The notes under the pieces: generated by a model
What the model saw: the letters and a program-made list of their open reading frames with translations, nothing else
Database searches by the model: none
Told to the model about the DNA's origin: nothing
Origin: Candidatus Nomurabacteria bacterium
Lineage (GTDB): Bacteria; Patescibacteriota; Minisyncoccia; Phycocordibacterales; UBA9973
DNA length: 64,000 bases
Direction: 5' to 3'
Assembly (NCBI GenBank): GCA_963842815.1
Contig: CAWJHU010000003.1
Span: forward strand, 91,683 to 155,682
Shown here: one piece after another, positions 24,336 to 33,947 of the stretch
How positions within the stretch are numbered: position 1 is the stretch's first letter
Layout: each line of letters begins with the position of its first letter
Program-made: the position numbers and the translations under genes

Positions 24336-24340
24336 AAAAT

Positions 24341-25558
24341 TTATTCAAAGTCCAGCGATTTATTTTTTTCCAGCTTCACTGCGCCGTTTTTCTTCATACT
24401 GTCTATCAAATCCGAAAGTTTTATGGAAGCGATGCCTATATGCTTATCTCCCCCGCCATAATAAACCAAAAGCCTGCCATTTCTGACAACTGCCCCGCTG
24501 GCATAGATAATACCGGGCTTCCAGTCATTTTCATACCATTTGTCCGGTTCAAGAATAGGATGCTGCGCGCGATAAAGAACTTTTTGCGGGTCTTTCAAAT
24601 CAAGCAGAAGCGCTCCCAATTTGTAACGGCCCCCATCGTCTTTATCCATGGCATGATACAAAAGAAGCCAGCCATCTTCGGTTTTAATGGGCGGCGCTGC
24701 GGCGCTGCGGGTGCGTTTATGCCAAGCTACAATATGGTCCGGCAAGGACTGAGGGTCTGGAGCATCTTTCCCTTTGGGTGTTTCCGAAGTATCAAGTTTG
24801 TTTACAAAAACAATCCCGACTCGCGACGGGTCGCCTTTGTCTAGATTGTGGAAAATAGCGAACTTGCCGTTTATTTTTTCCGGAAATAAAACCCAGTTTT
24901 TTTGCCTGTCCCCTGAATGAGAAAGATAAGAAAAATTTTCCCAATTCCATTTTTTATCCAACAAATCTTTTTCTTTGATGGAAGTCACTGCCACCCGCAT
25001 GGAATCCCATCCGTTGAACATATTGAAGGTCATATACACATAGCCATCCATCAATACCGTGCGCGGGTCTTCACAACCTCCCCATCCCCCGCCGGAAGCA
25101 TAAATAGCCGTGTCATAGCGCGCCGGAGAAGTGAAAGGCCAATGTTTTTTCATCTCCTCCGCATTTTCCACAAAATATACCGGATAAAAAAGTCTCTGGT
25201 CAAAATTAATGCCATCTTTGCTGGAAGCATAGCCGATGCGGGATACCCCGTCTCCTCCAAGAGCTCGATAAAAAAGATGTACTCGTCCGCCAAAAGAAAT
25301 AGCCGCTGGATTGAAAACAGCCTGAGATTCCCATGAATAAGGTCTGGGCTCAATAATCGGGTTGCGAGAAGATCTTGTCAACTTCGTGATCTTAATTATT
25401 TTATTTGCTTTTAACTTTTTAGACGATTTAACAACTTTCCTAATTTTTTTAGTTTGCTTTTTGATTATTTTTTTTGGTTTTTTTAACGCTTTTACCATGG
25501 GATTAAGTCCAACCAATACACATAGAACATTATACCCCCAAAATGAGCTCCCAGCCAA
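24341..25558 (-). CDS. GH130-like (DUF377) glycosidase/phosphorylase with a Lys-rich N-terminal tail
   Basis: NPAAISFGGRVHLFYRA, GGCEDPRTV, DGWLLLYHAMD, YYGGGDKHIG. N-terminal KKPKKIIKKQTKKIRKVVKSSKKLK. Confidence 0.65.
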   Translation of the reverse strand: MAGSSFWGYNVLCVLVGLNPMVKALKKPKKIIKKQTKKIRKVVKSSKKLKANKIIKITKLTRSSRNPIIEPRPYSWESQAVFNPAAISFGGRVHLFYRALGGDGVSRIGYASSKDGINFDQRLFYPVYFVENAEEMKKHWPFTSPARYDTAIYASGGGWGGCEDPRTVLMDGYVYMTFNMFNGWDSMRVAVTSIKEKDLLDKKWNWENFSYLSHSGDRQKNWVLFPEKINGKFAIFHNLDKGDPSRVGIVFVNKLDTSETPKGKDAPDPQSLPDHIVAWHKRTRSAAAPPIKTEDGWLLLYHAMDKDDGGRYKLGALLLDLKDPQKVLYRAQHPILEPDKWYENDWKPGIIYASGAVVRNGRLLVYYGGGDKHIGIASIKLSDLIDSMKKNGAVKLEKNKSLDFE

Positions 25559-26023
25559 TTATTTTTTGAGATTCTTAGAAAATTTCTTCACCAGTTCCGA
25601 CGAGCTTTGAACTTTACCACCAAAACCTATGTCATTTATTATTTTACACCCTATTTCTTCACAAACCAACACCTCGGGAGTTGGAATGTTTCCGCTATGG
25701 CGGTCTCCCCCTTTGGCAAAAATATGGGGACGAATAATGCGTAAGTCTTTGCTGATACTTATGTCTTTCGTACCCTTTTTATGACTGCTTATAACCACCC
25801 TATCCACCGCCTCAAATGCTTCAATAATTTCTTTTCGTTCATGTTCGGGCATAAAAACATATCCTTTTTTTAATTTCAGCCAATTATCGTTATTCAATAA
25901 AACCACCAGTTCATCACCCAGTTTTTTCGCTTCATTAAACATCCGCACATGGCCGATATGCACCGGATCAAATCCCCCGCTGACCACCACTATTTTCTTT
26001 TTCTTTTTGGGCTTAGAATTCAT
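25559..26023 (-). CDS. Cytidylyltransferase-like nucleotidyltransferase (RfaE domain II / HldE C-terminal-like adenylyltransferase)
   Basis: VVVSGGFDPVHIGHVRMFNEAKKLGDELVVLLNND..KGGD...SSSELVKK. Carries the HxGH nucleotidyltransferase motif. Confidence 0.6.
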   Translation of the reverse strand: MNSKPKKKKKIVVVSGGFDPVHIGHVRMFNEAKKLGDELVVLLNNDNWLKLKKGYVFMPEHERKEIIEAFEAVDRVVISSHKKGTKDISISKDLRIIRPHIFAKGGDRHSGNIPTPEVLVCEEIGCKIINDIGFGGKVQSSSELVKKFSKNLKK

Positions 26024-26067
26024 CCAATAATTATACCAAAAAATAATAAATCTGGTATAATTTATTT

Positions 26068-26490
26068 ATGTATATAATTTATGCATTATTGGGGGCAATT
26101 ATGGCCAGTGCCGGGACGATTTTTGCCAAGCTCGGACTTAAAGGAGTAGACGCCGATTTGCTGACAGCTATCCGCGGAATTGTGATGGCTATTATTGTTT
26201 CTATCGCCGCATTGTCTTTCGGAAAACTTACAATGGCGTCAATGTCGGCGCTTTCCGGCAAACAATGGCTTTTTGTAATTCTCTCCGGTTTGGGTGGAGC
26301 TTTGTCCTGGATTTTCTTTTATCAAGCTTTGTCTGTGGGCCCGACAATTGCCGTGACGGTTATTGATAGGTTATCCATTGTCTTTACCGCCATTCTTGCA
26401 TTTTTGGTTTTGACGGAAAGTATTACTCTCCAAACCGGGTTGGGGCTTCTACTGGTGGTGGCGGGAGTGTTGCTTGTCGCTATTCACTAA
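26068..26490 (+). CDS. Small EamA/DMT-superfamily membrane transporter (4 TM)
   Basis: 140 aa with four hydrophobic helices. Repeat motif ...GLGGALSWIFFYQALSVGP... is typical of the EamA domain. Confidence 0.5.
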   Translation: MYIIYALLGAIMASAGTIFAKLGLKGVDADLLTAIRGIVMAIIVSIAALSFGKLTMASMSALSGKQWLFVILSGLGGALSWIFFYQALSVGPTIAVTVIDRLSIVFTAILAFLVLTESITLQTGLGLLLVVAGVLLVAIH

Positions 26491-26519
26491 GGAAAAAATA
26501 AAAATGAACTTTTTAAGGG

Positions 26520-26600
26520 GTTTGGCGAGCGACGGCGAGCCAATTTCAGGATTTTTTAAGCTTCAAAAAATCCGTACCGGCAAAAAGTTCATTTTTATTT
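26520..26600. terminator. Bidirectional hairpin terminator between convergent genes
   Basis: ggatttttt-aagcttc-aaaaaatcc (9-bp stem), nested in an outer aaaatgaacttttt / aaaaagttcatttt stem, flanked by T/A runs. Lies between the 3' ends of 26068..26490 (+) and 26609..27283 (-). Confidence 0.55.
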
Positions 26601-26608
26601 TTTATAAT

Positions 26609-27283
26609 TTATTTTAATAAAAACTGCACGGTAGAAACCAGGCGAACTTTTTTATATTCTGGCGAACCTGGGTCTTTGTCGGTAATATCAAACACTCCTT
26701 GACTTCCGCGATGCAAACTACCCAGACTGGAACCTGATTCCTGGGCGATTTTTTCAGCCGTATCTTTCGCATTGCTCAGAGCTTCCGCCAGCATTTCCGG
26801 CTTAACGCTATTAATGTCGGAAATCTCAAAATTAATATCATTCTGGCTCATGGTTATGCCCTGCTTCACTAAAAATAAGGTGTCCTTGGAAACGGATTTA
26901 ACCAAATCAACTTTCTTGGTATAAACAGAAAGTTGCGTGCTAGAGTTGTATCTGAAGAGCGAATCTTTGTAGGTATCTTGATATATATTTACCGGCGCAA
27001 CATTTATTTCGGAAGCGTCAAAACCTTTATCCGTCAGAAACTTCTGAATTATTGAAACATTTTTTTGAATATTGGCATACAAAGAATCAACATCATTTGA
27101 TTTGACATCAAAGGTCATGGACCAAATAGCCGTGTCCGCTTTCACTATTTTTTCCGACAATCCTTTCACTTCCACATAGGAAAGCTGTTTGGAAAAATTC
27201 TGGGCAGAGACAAAAACAACGGCTGAAAAAATTAATACTGATAAAACAATAACTCCAAGACTATATTTTTTTATGTTTTCCAT
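26609..27283 (-). CDS. Secreted/membrane-anchored protein, possibly SIMPL/DUF541-like
   Basis: N-terminal TM MENIKKYSLGVIVLSVLIFSAVVFVSA. About 200-aa beta-rich domain. Weak resemblance to SIMPL family proteins. Confidence 0.35.
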   Translation of the reverse strand: MENIKKYSLGVIVLSVLIFSAVVFVSAQNFSKQLSYVEVKGLSEKIVKADTAIWSMTFDVKSNDVDSLYANIQKNVSIIQKFLTDKGFDASEINVAPVNIYQDTYKDSLFRYNSSTQLSVYTKKVDLVKSVSKDTLFLVKQGITMSQNDINFEISDINSVKPEMLAEALSNAKDTAEKIAQESGSSLGSLHRGSQGVFDITDKDPGSPEYKKVRLVSTVQFLLK

Positions 27284-27319
27284 AGTATTTATATTATAGC
27301 ACGCTGATAAAATTTCTTG

Positions 27320-27769
27320 CTACTGCTTTTTTTGCTCCAAATCCTTTTCAAGATTATCCAAATGCTGGGATATTTCTTTCACTTCTTTGCCTATTTCTTC
27401 AATGGTTTCTTTTTCCGTTTTGACTTCTTTTTCCGTCTTTTCTTCTATTTTTTTCTCTCCCTTCAGGCCGGAAATTATGGCTTCGCTCCCGAGAAAATCC
27501 AGAACAAATAGGCCGGTGGACAGAAGCAGAACACTACCGACAACAATGGACAAGGGCCCGTCCCACCAGGGGAGATTGCCCAGATTAATGGAACCGCTCT
27601 GCTGAAAAGAAAAAATAATCTGAGTAATAAAATCCGCCGTATGCCAGATACCCCGCCAAAAGATAACTACCCCTACTCCACCCACGCAGGCGTAGGCAAC
27701 AGGATAATGGCTCAATTTTGCTCTGACTTTATTTTCGGTTCTGTCAAAAAAATCGTATATGGATTTCAT
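27320..27769 (-). CDS. Hypothetical membrane protein with a Lys/Glu-rich coiled-coil tail
   Basis: Two TM helices then KGEKKIEEKTEKEVKTEKETIEEIGKEVKEI. Confidence 0.4.
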   Translation of the reverse strand: MKSIYDFFDRTENKVRAKLSHYPVAYACVGGVGVVIFWRGIWHTADFITQIIFSFQQSGSINLGNLPWWDGPLSIVVGSVLLLSTGLFVLDFLGSEAIISGLKGEKKIEEKTEKEVKTEKETIEEIGKEVKEISQHLDNLEKDLEQKKQ

Positions 27770-27796
27770 ATTTTGATTGTATCAGAAATATAATTT

Positions 27797-28534
27797 TTAT
27801 TCTATCTGCTTGGCAATTTTATCGACTAGCTCGTAATATTCTCCGGACCTTTCATCCCGAGGCCTTGCCATTTTTACTTCAAAAACATCTTTGACAAAAG
27901 TGGGCCTGGGGGCAAAAACAAAAATTCTGTCGGAAAGTTCCACCGCTTCTTCCACCAAATGGGTAACCATAACCACGGTCATTTTGTATTTTTGCCAGAT
28001 ATGCAAAAGTTCGGCGCGCAATTTTTCGGCCGTCAAAATATCCAGGCTGGAAAACGGCTCATCCATCAATAAAATATCCGGATTGACGGCCAGAGCTCTG
28101 GCAATGCCAACCCTCTGCTTCATCCCGCCGGAAAGTTCAATGGGGTATTTATTTTCAAAACTCAGGAGTCCGACTTCTTCAATTTTTTTCAAGGCGATTT
28201 TGCTTCTTTCCTTTTTGGAAACTCCTTCCATTTTCAAGCCGAACTCAATATTTTCCTTAACCGTGAGCCATGGAAAGAGGGCGAAATTTTGAAAAACCAT
28301 AGCAATTTTTTTTGTTTTGGAAGCAACTTTCCCCTTTTTTGCTTTGATTAGGCCCGAAAGAATTCTTAAAATAGTTGATTTTCCACATCCGGACGGCCCC
28401 ACCAAAGAAACAAACTCTCCCACATACACATCCATTGAAATATTTTTTAAAACATTCAGATACTCGCCGGATTCTTCATTGAAGAATGTGTAGGAAAGAT
28501 TTGAAGTTGAAATAATTGTTTCTTTATTCTCCAT
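27797..28534 (-). CDS. ABC transporter ATP-binding protein (NitT/TauT / SsuB-like)
   Basis: Walker A GPSGCGKST, ABC signature LSGGMKQRVGIARAL, Walker B LLMDEPFSSLD. Confidence 0.85.
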   Translation of the reverse strand: MENKETIISTSNLSYTFFNEESGEYLNVLKNISMDVYVGEFVSLVGPSGCGKSTILRILSGLIKAKKGKVASKTKKIAMVFQNFALFPWLTVKENIEFGLKMEGVSKKERSKIALKKIEEVGLLSFENKYPIELSGGMKQRVGIARALAVNPDILLMDEPFSSLDILTAEKLRAELLHIWQKYKMTVVMVTHLVEEAVELSDRIFVFAPRPTFVKDVFEVKMARPRDERSGEYYELVDKIAKQIE

Positions 28535-29282
28535 ATAATTGTGATTTTTTTAGCAGAGGCATCCAGACTAATCTATTAATCAAAAACACCACCAAAAGCA
28601 GGGCTGAAATGCCTAAAATTAAAGTTTTATCGTAACCGCCGGCGCTGGAATTATTCAAAAAAGGGCCGATGCCGGTGGAAAGACCGATTATTTCCACTCC
28701 GATGATGGCTTCCCAGCCGATGCTGAAACCAACGATGGAACCGGTAACGATTGAAGGAAAAGCCACAAGCAAGGAAAAAAACAGCACTTTCTTCAGACCC
28801 CGGGCCCCGAATATTTTGGAGGCATCTTCTTCATCTTTTTGGACCGTTTTCAGGGCATGCAACATATAAAAAAGAATCGGCCACAAAATGGAAGTGGCGG
28901 CAAAAATTATGGTCATCAAATTGGTATAGCCCAGCCAGAGAACGAAAATAGGAATCAGGGCAAAGGACGGAAGATTCTGCATCAAATCAAAAACGGGAAT
29001 TAAAGAGTCGCCGATTTTGTTATTGCTGATTGAAACAGCGATAATTACGGCAAGAACCAGAGAAATGAAATAAGCGACAACCAAGCGAAATAAAGAAAGA
29101 GCCAGGGCTTCCACCAAAAGTGGAAAAGAATTGCCCGCCGAAATGCTGATGGTTAGAATCATCACTAAAATAATAAACAGAATCAGTCCGGTAGTTATTT
29201 TTTTATGTTTTCTTTTTTTGGTTAAATGAAAACCGTGAATTATCCTGACCATAGGCTTATTATAGCAGGAATATAAAGGCAA
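28524..29282 (-). CDS. ABC transporter permease (SsuC/TauC-like, BPD_transp_1)
   Basis: Six TM helices. Overlaps the ATPase gene. Conserved EAA-like loop ...DEEDASKIFGARGLKKVL. Confidence 0.7.
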   Translation of the reverse strand: MPLYSCYNKPMVRIIHGFHLTKKRKHKKITTGLILFIILVMILTISISAGNSFPLLVEALALSLFRLVVAYFISLVLAVIIAVSISNNKIGDSLIPVFDLMQNLPSFALIPIFVLWLGYTNLMTIIFAATSILWPILFYMLHALKTVQKDEEDASKIFGARGLKKVLFFSLLVAFPSIVTGSIVGFSIGWEAIIGVEIIGLSTGIGPFLNNSSAGGYDKTLILGISALLLVVFLINRLVWMPLLKKSQLYGE

Positions 29283-29296
29283 AACAAAAAGAGATT

Positions 29297-30280
29297 TTAT
29301 TTATTTTCCTTTGAATAGTCCAAACTCTGGGTAGTGAACATCCCCCGATAACTCAAATAATAATTGGCGATAAATATTGCTCCGACAATGGCCAGTACGA
29401 TTAGTCCGTTGGTTATCAGGCGGAGATGATAATTTTTCATTTTGATAAAAAGATAAAGAAGTAGGGCCACGGCGATTATACCGAAAACAACGAAAAGAAT
29501 TATATTGGTGGTATTGCGGGGAGAAGCCAGAAGTTTCTGCCAGAAAGTGGGATTTTGAATCGGATTGACCAAAACATTGGAAGCATTTTGTTCCGTTAGG
29601 GCGATGGTCTGCGCTCCGAGAACATTGGTTGATTCTTTGCCGGTAGCCACGCTAGGCGTTTTTGATTTTGTGTTTGTATTGGTTTTTGCCGGCACGATTT
29701 GTTTAACAGGAGCGACAAAAGGATTGGCATAAATTTGCGCCACAAAAACCGTTTCCCTTCCCTGATATAAGCCACTAGCGATGCCTGTGCCGATTTCCGT
29801 GTAATTTTCTTTGACAATATTTGCTTTGTGCGTCGGGCTGTTCATCCAGGCATTGGTAACGTCTATGGAATCGGTAAAATTGATGGCCAAATTTTCTCCG
29901 GCATATTGATAGTTATAGCCCACTTGGTCTAACCAATACCAGGGAGTTTTTCCTGTCGGACTGGTATGGGCAAAATAACCATTGGTGGCCATATCTTCCG
30001 CTTTCATTTCGGCCGCTTTATTTAAAATCGGACTGACGGTAAGAACCTGAAGGTTGTCCGCCTTGCGTTCCTGGTTGGTAAGGTCAGCTAAAACAGCCGG
30101 CAAAACTGCCGCCATCCCGCCCGAAATGTTCAGACGAGTAAAAGTCGGGATTAAAAAAGTAAATATTTCCAAAAGAATGACAGCGATGACGATGTTCTGT
30201 ATGCTGGAATCGCGCAAAATGTGCGGACGGTGCTCGTTGCCTTCGTGCGGAATAAAATGTTTTTTAAGCCAATGAAACAT
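29297..30280 (-). CDS. CAP/SCP/PR-1-like domain protein with N- and C-terminal TM segments
   Basis: YFAHTSPTGKTPWYWLDQVGYNYQYAGENLA..NAWMNSPTHKANI has the CAP-domain motifs (HT, G.N, W..S..H..N). Confidence 0.55.
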   Translation of the reverse strand: MFHWLKKHFIPHEGNEHRPHILRDSSIQNIVIAVILLEIFTFLIPTFTRLNISGGMAAVLPAVLADLTNQERKADNLQVLTVSPILNKAAEMKAEDMATNGYFAHTSPTGKTPWYWLDQVGYNYQYAGENLAINFTDSIDVTNAWMNSPTHKANIVKENYTEIGTGIASGLYQGRETVFVAQIYANPFVAPVKQIVPAKTNTNTKSKTPSVATGKESTNVLGAQTIALTEQNASNVLVNPIQNPTFWQKLLASPRNTTNIILFVVFGIIAVALLLYLFIKMKNYHLRLITNGLIVLAIVGAIFIANYYLSYRGMFTTQSLDYSKENK

Positions 30281-30324
30281 TGGTATATTATATACAATAA
30301 AACCCTATTTGTAAAGATAGGGTT

Positions 30325-31293
30325 TTATTTTAGTAATTGCGTAACCAACGCAACTATTTGGTCTTTCTTTTTAGGATCACTTTCGGCAACAAGAAGTGCA
30401 AGCGCAGTCAGGGTTGCGGGATTAATATTTCTAAATCCTTTTGTCTTTGTTTTTCTCAAAAACCATACAAAAGCAAAAGCGCCAGAGCGTTTATTCCCAT
30501 CTAAAAATGGATGCCCTTTGGCTATAAAATACAAAAGGTGCGCCGCTTTTTCTTCTATGGTTTTATAAAGCGGTTTGCCTCCGAATGTTTGCATTATATT
30601 TCCTACGATTCCTTCTATGCTTCCTTTTTCCCTCTCGGTTGCAAATAATTCCGTAGTCTCTTTTTTCTGTATTAGCTCTTTTTTTAAATTTAAAATTGCG
30701 GAAAATAACTCATCGCTTTTTAATTTTATATTTTTTTTATTAACGCCTTTTATTTTGAGCGTTTCTTTATCATAGGCATCAAGAGAAATCCAAGTACTGG
30801 CAAATTCCTTAACAAGGTCTAAAACCGCTCCGGGGTCAAAAGCAATATGTTCCGGCAGTAAATTTTGAACACTGGCGACAGTTTGCATAAAAGAATCGTA
30901 ATTTTGGGCTATTTGCCTGCGATTTATTGTATAACCCTTGGTTATATGTTCTCGCAAAGTTTTTGTCGCCCACTGTCTGAAAACTATAGCTATTTTTGAA
31001 TTTGTTCTATAACCAACCGATAAAATAACATCCAGATTATAATATTGAACCTGGTATGTTTTACCATCATTCGCAGTATGTGCAAATTTTGCACATACTG
31101 AATTTTCTTCAAGCTCTTTATCTTTTAATATATTTCTTATGTGTTTTGTTATTACCGAGCGCTCAACATCAAAAAGCTCTGAGACTTGGTTTTGTGTAGC
31201 CCATATTGTTTCATTCTTCATATCCCCGCGAAATTCTATCGCGCCATTTTTTGCTTGGTATATAATTATTTTATTATTGTTTATTCTTTTCAC
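30325..31293 (-). CDS. RhuM-family N-terminal domain fused to a Fic/Doc C-terminal domain
   Basis: N-terminus IIYQAKNGAIEFRGDMKNETIWATQNQVSELFDVERSVITKHIRNILKDKELEENSVCAKFAHTANDGKTYQVQYYNLDVILSVGYRTNSKIAIVFRQWATKTL is RhuM-like. C-terminus AKGHPFLDGNKRSGAFAF is the Fic/Doc HPFx(D/E)GN(G/K)R motif. Confidence 0.7.
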   Translation of the reverse strand: MKRINNNKIIIYQAKNGAIEFRGDMKNETIWATQNQVSELFDVERSVITKHIRNILKDKELEENSVCAKFAHTANDGKTYQVQYYNLDVILSVGYRTNSKIAIVFRQWATKTLREHITKGYTINRRQIAQNYDSFMQTVASVQNLLPEHIAFDPGAVLDLVKEFASTWISLDAYDKETLKIKGVNKKNIKLKSDELFSAILNLKKELIQKKETTELFATEREKGSIEGIVGNIMQTFGGKPLYKTIEEKAAHLLYFIAKGHPFLDGNKRSGAFAFVWFLRKTKTKGFRNINPATLTALALLVAESDPKKKDQIVALVTQLLK

Positions 31294-31363
31294 TCTTTAA
31301 TTATAACATAAAAAAACACCCCGATTTAAATCGAGGTGTTTTTTATTTATTAGTTTATAAAAT

Positions 31364-33721
31364 TTATTTATTCAAGACCGCCCTGGTTACGGGACCGACT
31401 CTGCCATCTATCTTGAGTGGAGGATTTGCTTTTTGATAAGCCTTCACCGCCGTTCTTGTGGCAGAACCAAAGTATCCGGTAGTTTTTCCGTGGAAGAATC
31501 CTTCGGTGGTCAAACGATTCTGCAATTCCAGAACATCATTGATTTTCATCCCAAATTTCAAATCAATGTTGAATTTGAAATTCTCCGCGCCGAGAACTTC
31601 CCCGGTTGGAGCTGGTGGAGTCAGTGGAATAATTGCCAATCCATTTCCGCCATTTTCATTGCCATTGCCTGAATTTCCACCGCCGTTTGAACCTTCATTG
31701 CCACTTGAACCTCCTCCATTATTGGAACCTGTTCCTCCTGTTGTGCCTCCCGTTGGAGTTTCATTTATGTCTCCTCGGATACCACCGCCTCCACTAGACC
31801 CCATAACAACTACGCCTCTGGTTATGGATGCAGTATTTCCGGCTGAATCGGTAGCACTATAGGTAACCGTATAAACTCCAGCAGTGCTGGTATCTACATT
31901 GCTGACAGGATCACCTACTAATGTTCCATCGATATTAGTATCGCCTGAAACTGCGTCGATTTTTGCACCCTCCTCTATGTAAGTGCCCCCCACGTGAAGT
32001 ATCGTTGGATTATCGGGATTTATAATAATAACTGGGGCAGTATTATCAACTGTTACTGAAATTGAAGATGAATCCGCACAATTCCCAACATTATCGCAAG
32101 CAGTAACCCAAAGATTATGAGAACCATCTGCTACTGAAGTAGTATCCCAAGCAATCGAATATGGAGAGCCGATTGTACTTTCTCCTATTTTTTCACCAAC
32201 TGGACTTGATGAGTGCCAAAATTCAACTTTTGCTACACCAGAACCAGCATCAGAAACGTCAGCGGAAATAACAATTGTTCCTCTTAAATAACTATCTACT
32301 GATGGCGAAGTGACAGAAGAACTTGGAGCCGTGGTATCTATATTTGAAACGGTTGCTGTTGCACTTCCCGTATTACCAGCTGAATCTGTAAATTCAAATG
32401 TAAATGATCCATTAGCAGAAAAGATATAACTATTGGACCCATCGTTGTTTGTAACTGTTCCATCACTAAGAGTTATTGTTGCGGTGACATTTTGGTTTGT
32501 CGGAGCTGTTGTTGAATAATCTATGCTTGCAACTGGAGCCGTTCTATCAATCCCCGCAATAGCATTGGACATATTGTAAGTGGTGTTGGTTGCGACATCA
32601 ACTGCTTTATAACAAATCTTCGTACCATTATCAGATTCTGATATGAAAGTTTGATTTGAATAATCTGAAAAAACTAAAGAAGAACCACAAACTGAACCAG
32701 TAGTACCAGTAGTATTACTCATCGTTAAAGTTCCTTCAGTTGTGAAGGCTGTCACTGTTTTTGATTGAGCTGGATTTGTGTCTGGGTTAGTTATTGTGAT
32801 TGTTGGAGCAATTTTGTCGATATTTGAAACAGTTGCTGTTGCGCTTCCTGTATTCCCTGCTAAATCTCTCAAATTAAACGTGAATAACCCGTTGGCAGAA
32901 AAAACATAGGCATTAGATCCGCCATTGTTTGTGATGATTCCGGGTTCGCTGAGAGTTATTGTTGCAGTGACATTCTGATTCGTCGGAGCGGTTGTTGAAT
33001 ATGCTACAGTCGCCGTTGGTGGAGTAATATCAATGTTTATTGGATGCGCAGACACAACTACTGCTTTATTATGAGATGCATCTTCTCCGTAAGCGCAAAT
33101 GAATTTTCCATTTTTGCTTTCATCTGTTATGGAAAATCCTCCAGTATAATTTGAAAAACCAGATATATTAACAGAAGTTGTGCAAATTCCAGCAGAAGCA
33201 ACGTATCCATATTTTTCTACAGTTGCATCACCGAAACTTATTGCAATAAAATCTGACATAACCGGCCCAGACGCAACATCATTGGTAAATGATAAAGTTG
33301 GCGGAGTGGTATCATGAACAACTATAGTTTGGCAAGATGAGACAGATTTTTGATATGAATGATCCCCCACATGGTAAGCCCAAAATTTATAGGTGTCAGC
33401 AGATGAAGGTGCAGTAAACGTTCCACTAAAAGATCCTCCTGCGGTTGTTGTAACAGTCTGTATTAATGTTCCTGCATTTTCATTGTCTCCCGATGGGCAT
33501 GAGGTGTCATAGTGTAATTCAACAGTACGGCCTGATATACCTACGGACCCTGATTTAATAACCCCAGAAAATGAAACACCTGATTGTCCTGTTGTTAACG
33601 GAGTAGAAATAGAATATAAAGTTGTTGTTGTTCCAAAAGCCGCAAACGCTGTTGGGGCATTAAAAACAAGCATGCCCAAGGCAAGAACCAAAATTGAACC
33701 AATAGAAAAGTATTTCTTCAT
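31364..33721 (-). CDS. Large secreted surface protein with repeated Ig-like/Big-type beta domains, a Gly-rich linker and a C-terminal peptidoglycan-binding domain (PG_binding_1)
   Basis: Signal peptide MKKYFSIGSILVLALGMLVFNAPTAFA. Internal repeats ...YSTTAPTNQNVTATITLS..NNGGSN(A/S)Y(V/I)FSANG(L/S)FTF..D.AGNTGSATATVSNID.. occur twice. Linker GGGGIRGD...GGGSSGNEGSNGGGNSGNG. C-terminus LQNRLTTEGFFHGKTTGYFGSATRTAVKAYQKANPPLKIDGRVGPVTRAVL. Confidence 0.7.
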   Translation of the reverse strand: MKKYFSIGSILVLALGMLVFNAPTAFAAFGTTTTLYSISTPLTTGQSGVSFSGVIKSGSVGISGRTVELHYDTSCPSGDNENAGTLIQTVTTTAGGSFSGTFTAPSSADTYKFWAYHVGDHSYQKSVSSCQTIVVHDTTPPTLSFTNDVASGPVMSDFIAISFGDATVEKYGYVASAGICTTSVNISGFSNYTGGFSITDESKNGKFICAYGEDASHNKAVVVSAHPINIDITPPTATVAYSTTAPTNQNVTATITLSEPGIITNNGGSNAYVFSANGLFTFNLRDLAGNTGSATATVSNIDKIAPTITITNPDTNPAQSKTVTAFTTEGTLTMSNTTGTTGSVCGSSLVFSDYSNQTFISESDNGTKICYKAVDVATNTTYNMSNAIAGIDRTAPVASIDYSTTAPTNQNVTATITLSDGTVTNNDGSNSYIFSANGSFTFEFTDSAGNTGSATATVSNIDTTAPSSSVTSPSVDSYLRGTIVISADVSDAGSGVAKVEFWHSSSPVGEKIGESTIGSPYSIAWDTTSVADGSHNLWVTACDNVGNCADSSSISVTVDNTAPVIIINPDNPTILHVGGTYIEEGAKIDAVSGDTNIDGTLVGDPVSNVDTSTAGVYTVTYSATDSAGNTASITRGVVVMGSSGGGGIRGDINETPTGGTTGGTGSNNGGGSSGNEGSNGGGNSGNGNENGGNGLAIIPLTPPAPTGEVLGAENFKFNIDLKFGMKINDVLELQNRLTTEGFFHGKTTGYFGSATRTAVKAYQKANPPLKIDGRVGPVTRAVLNK

Positions 33722-33947
33722 AAAAATAATTTTTTAATTAATAATAATGTTAATTTATATACATATTTGATAAGCAATCGACTAAAATTTGCCTATCTTG
33801 ATTAATTTATAATTTGATTGTATATTACATCTGTTTAAAAATATGTCAATAGAAAAAGTGCATATTCTGTGAACAATGAAAAACCCTAAAACAGCCTTGT
33901 AATTTAAGGCCCAAATAACGCTTCATGAAGATTTGCTCTTTTTTTAT

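Noticed and set aside
22457-25610. Plus-strand ORFs antisense to the GH130 genes (for example 22665..22994, 24440..24844, 24917..25336)
   Set aside because: They lie fully inside strongly motif-supported minus-strand GH130 genes. No independent coding evidence.
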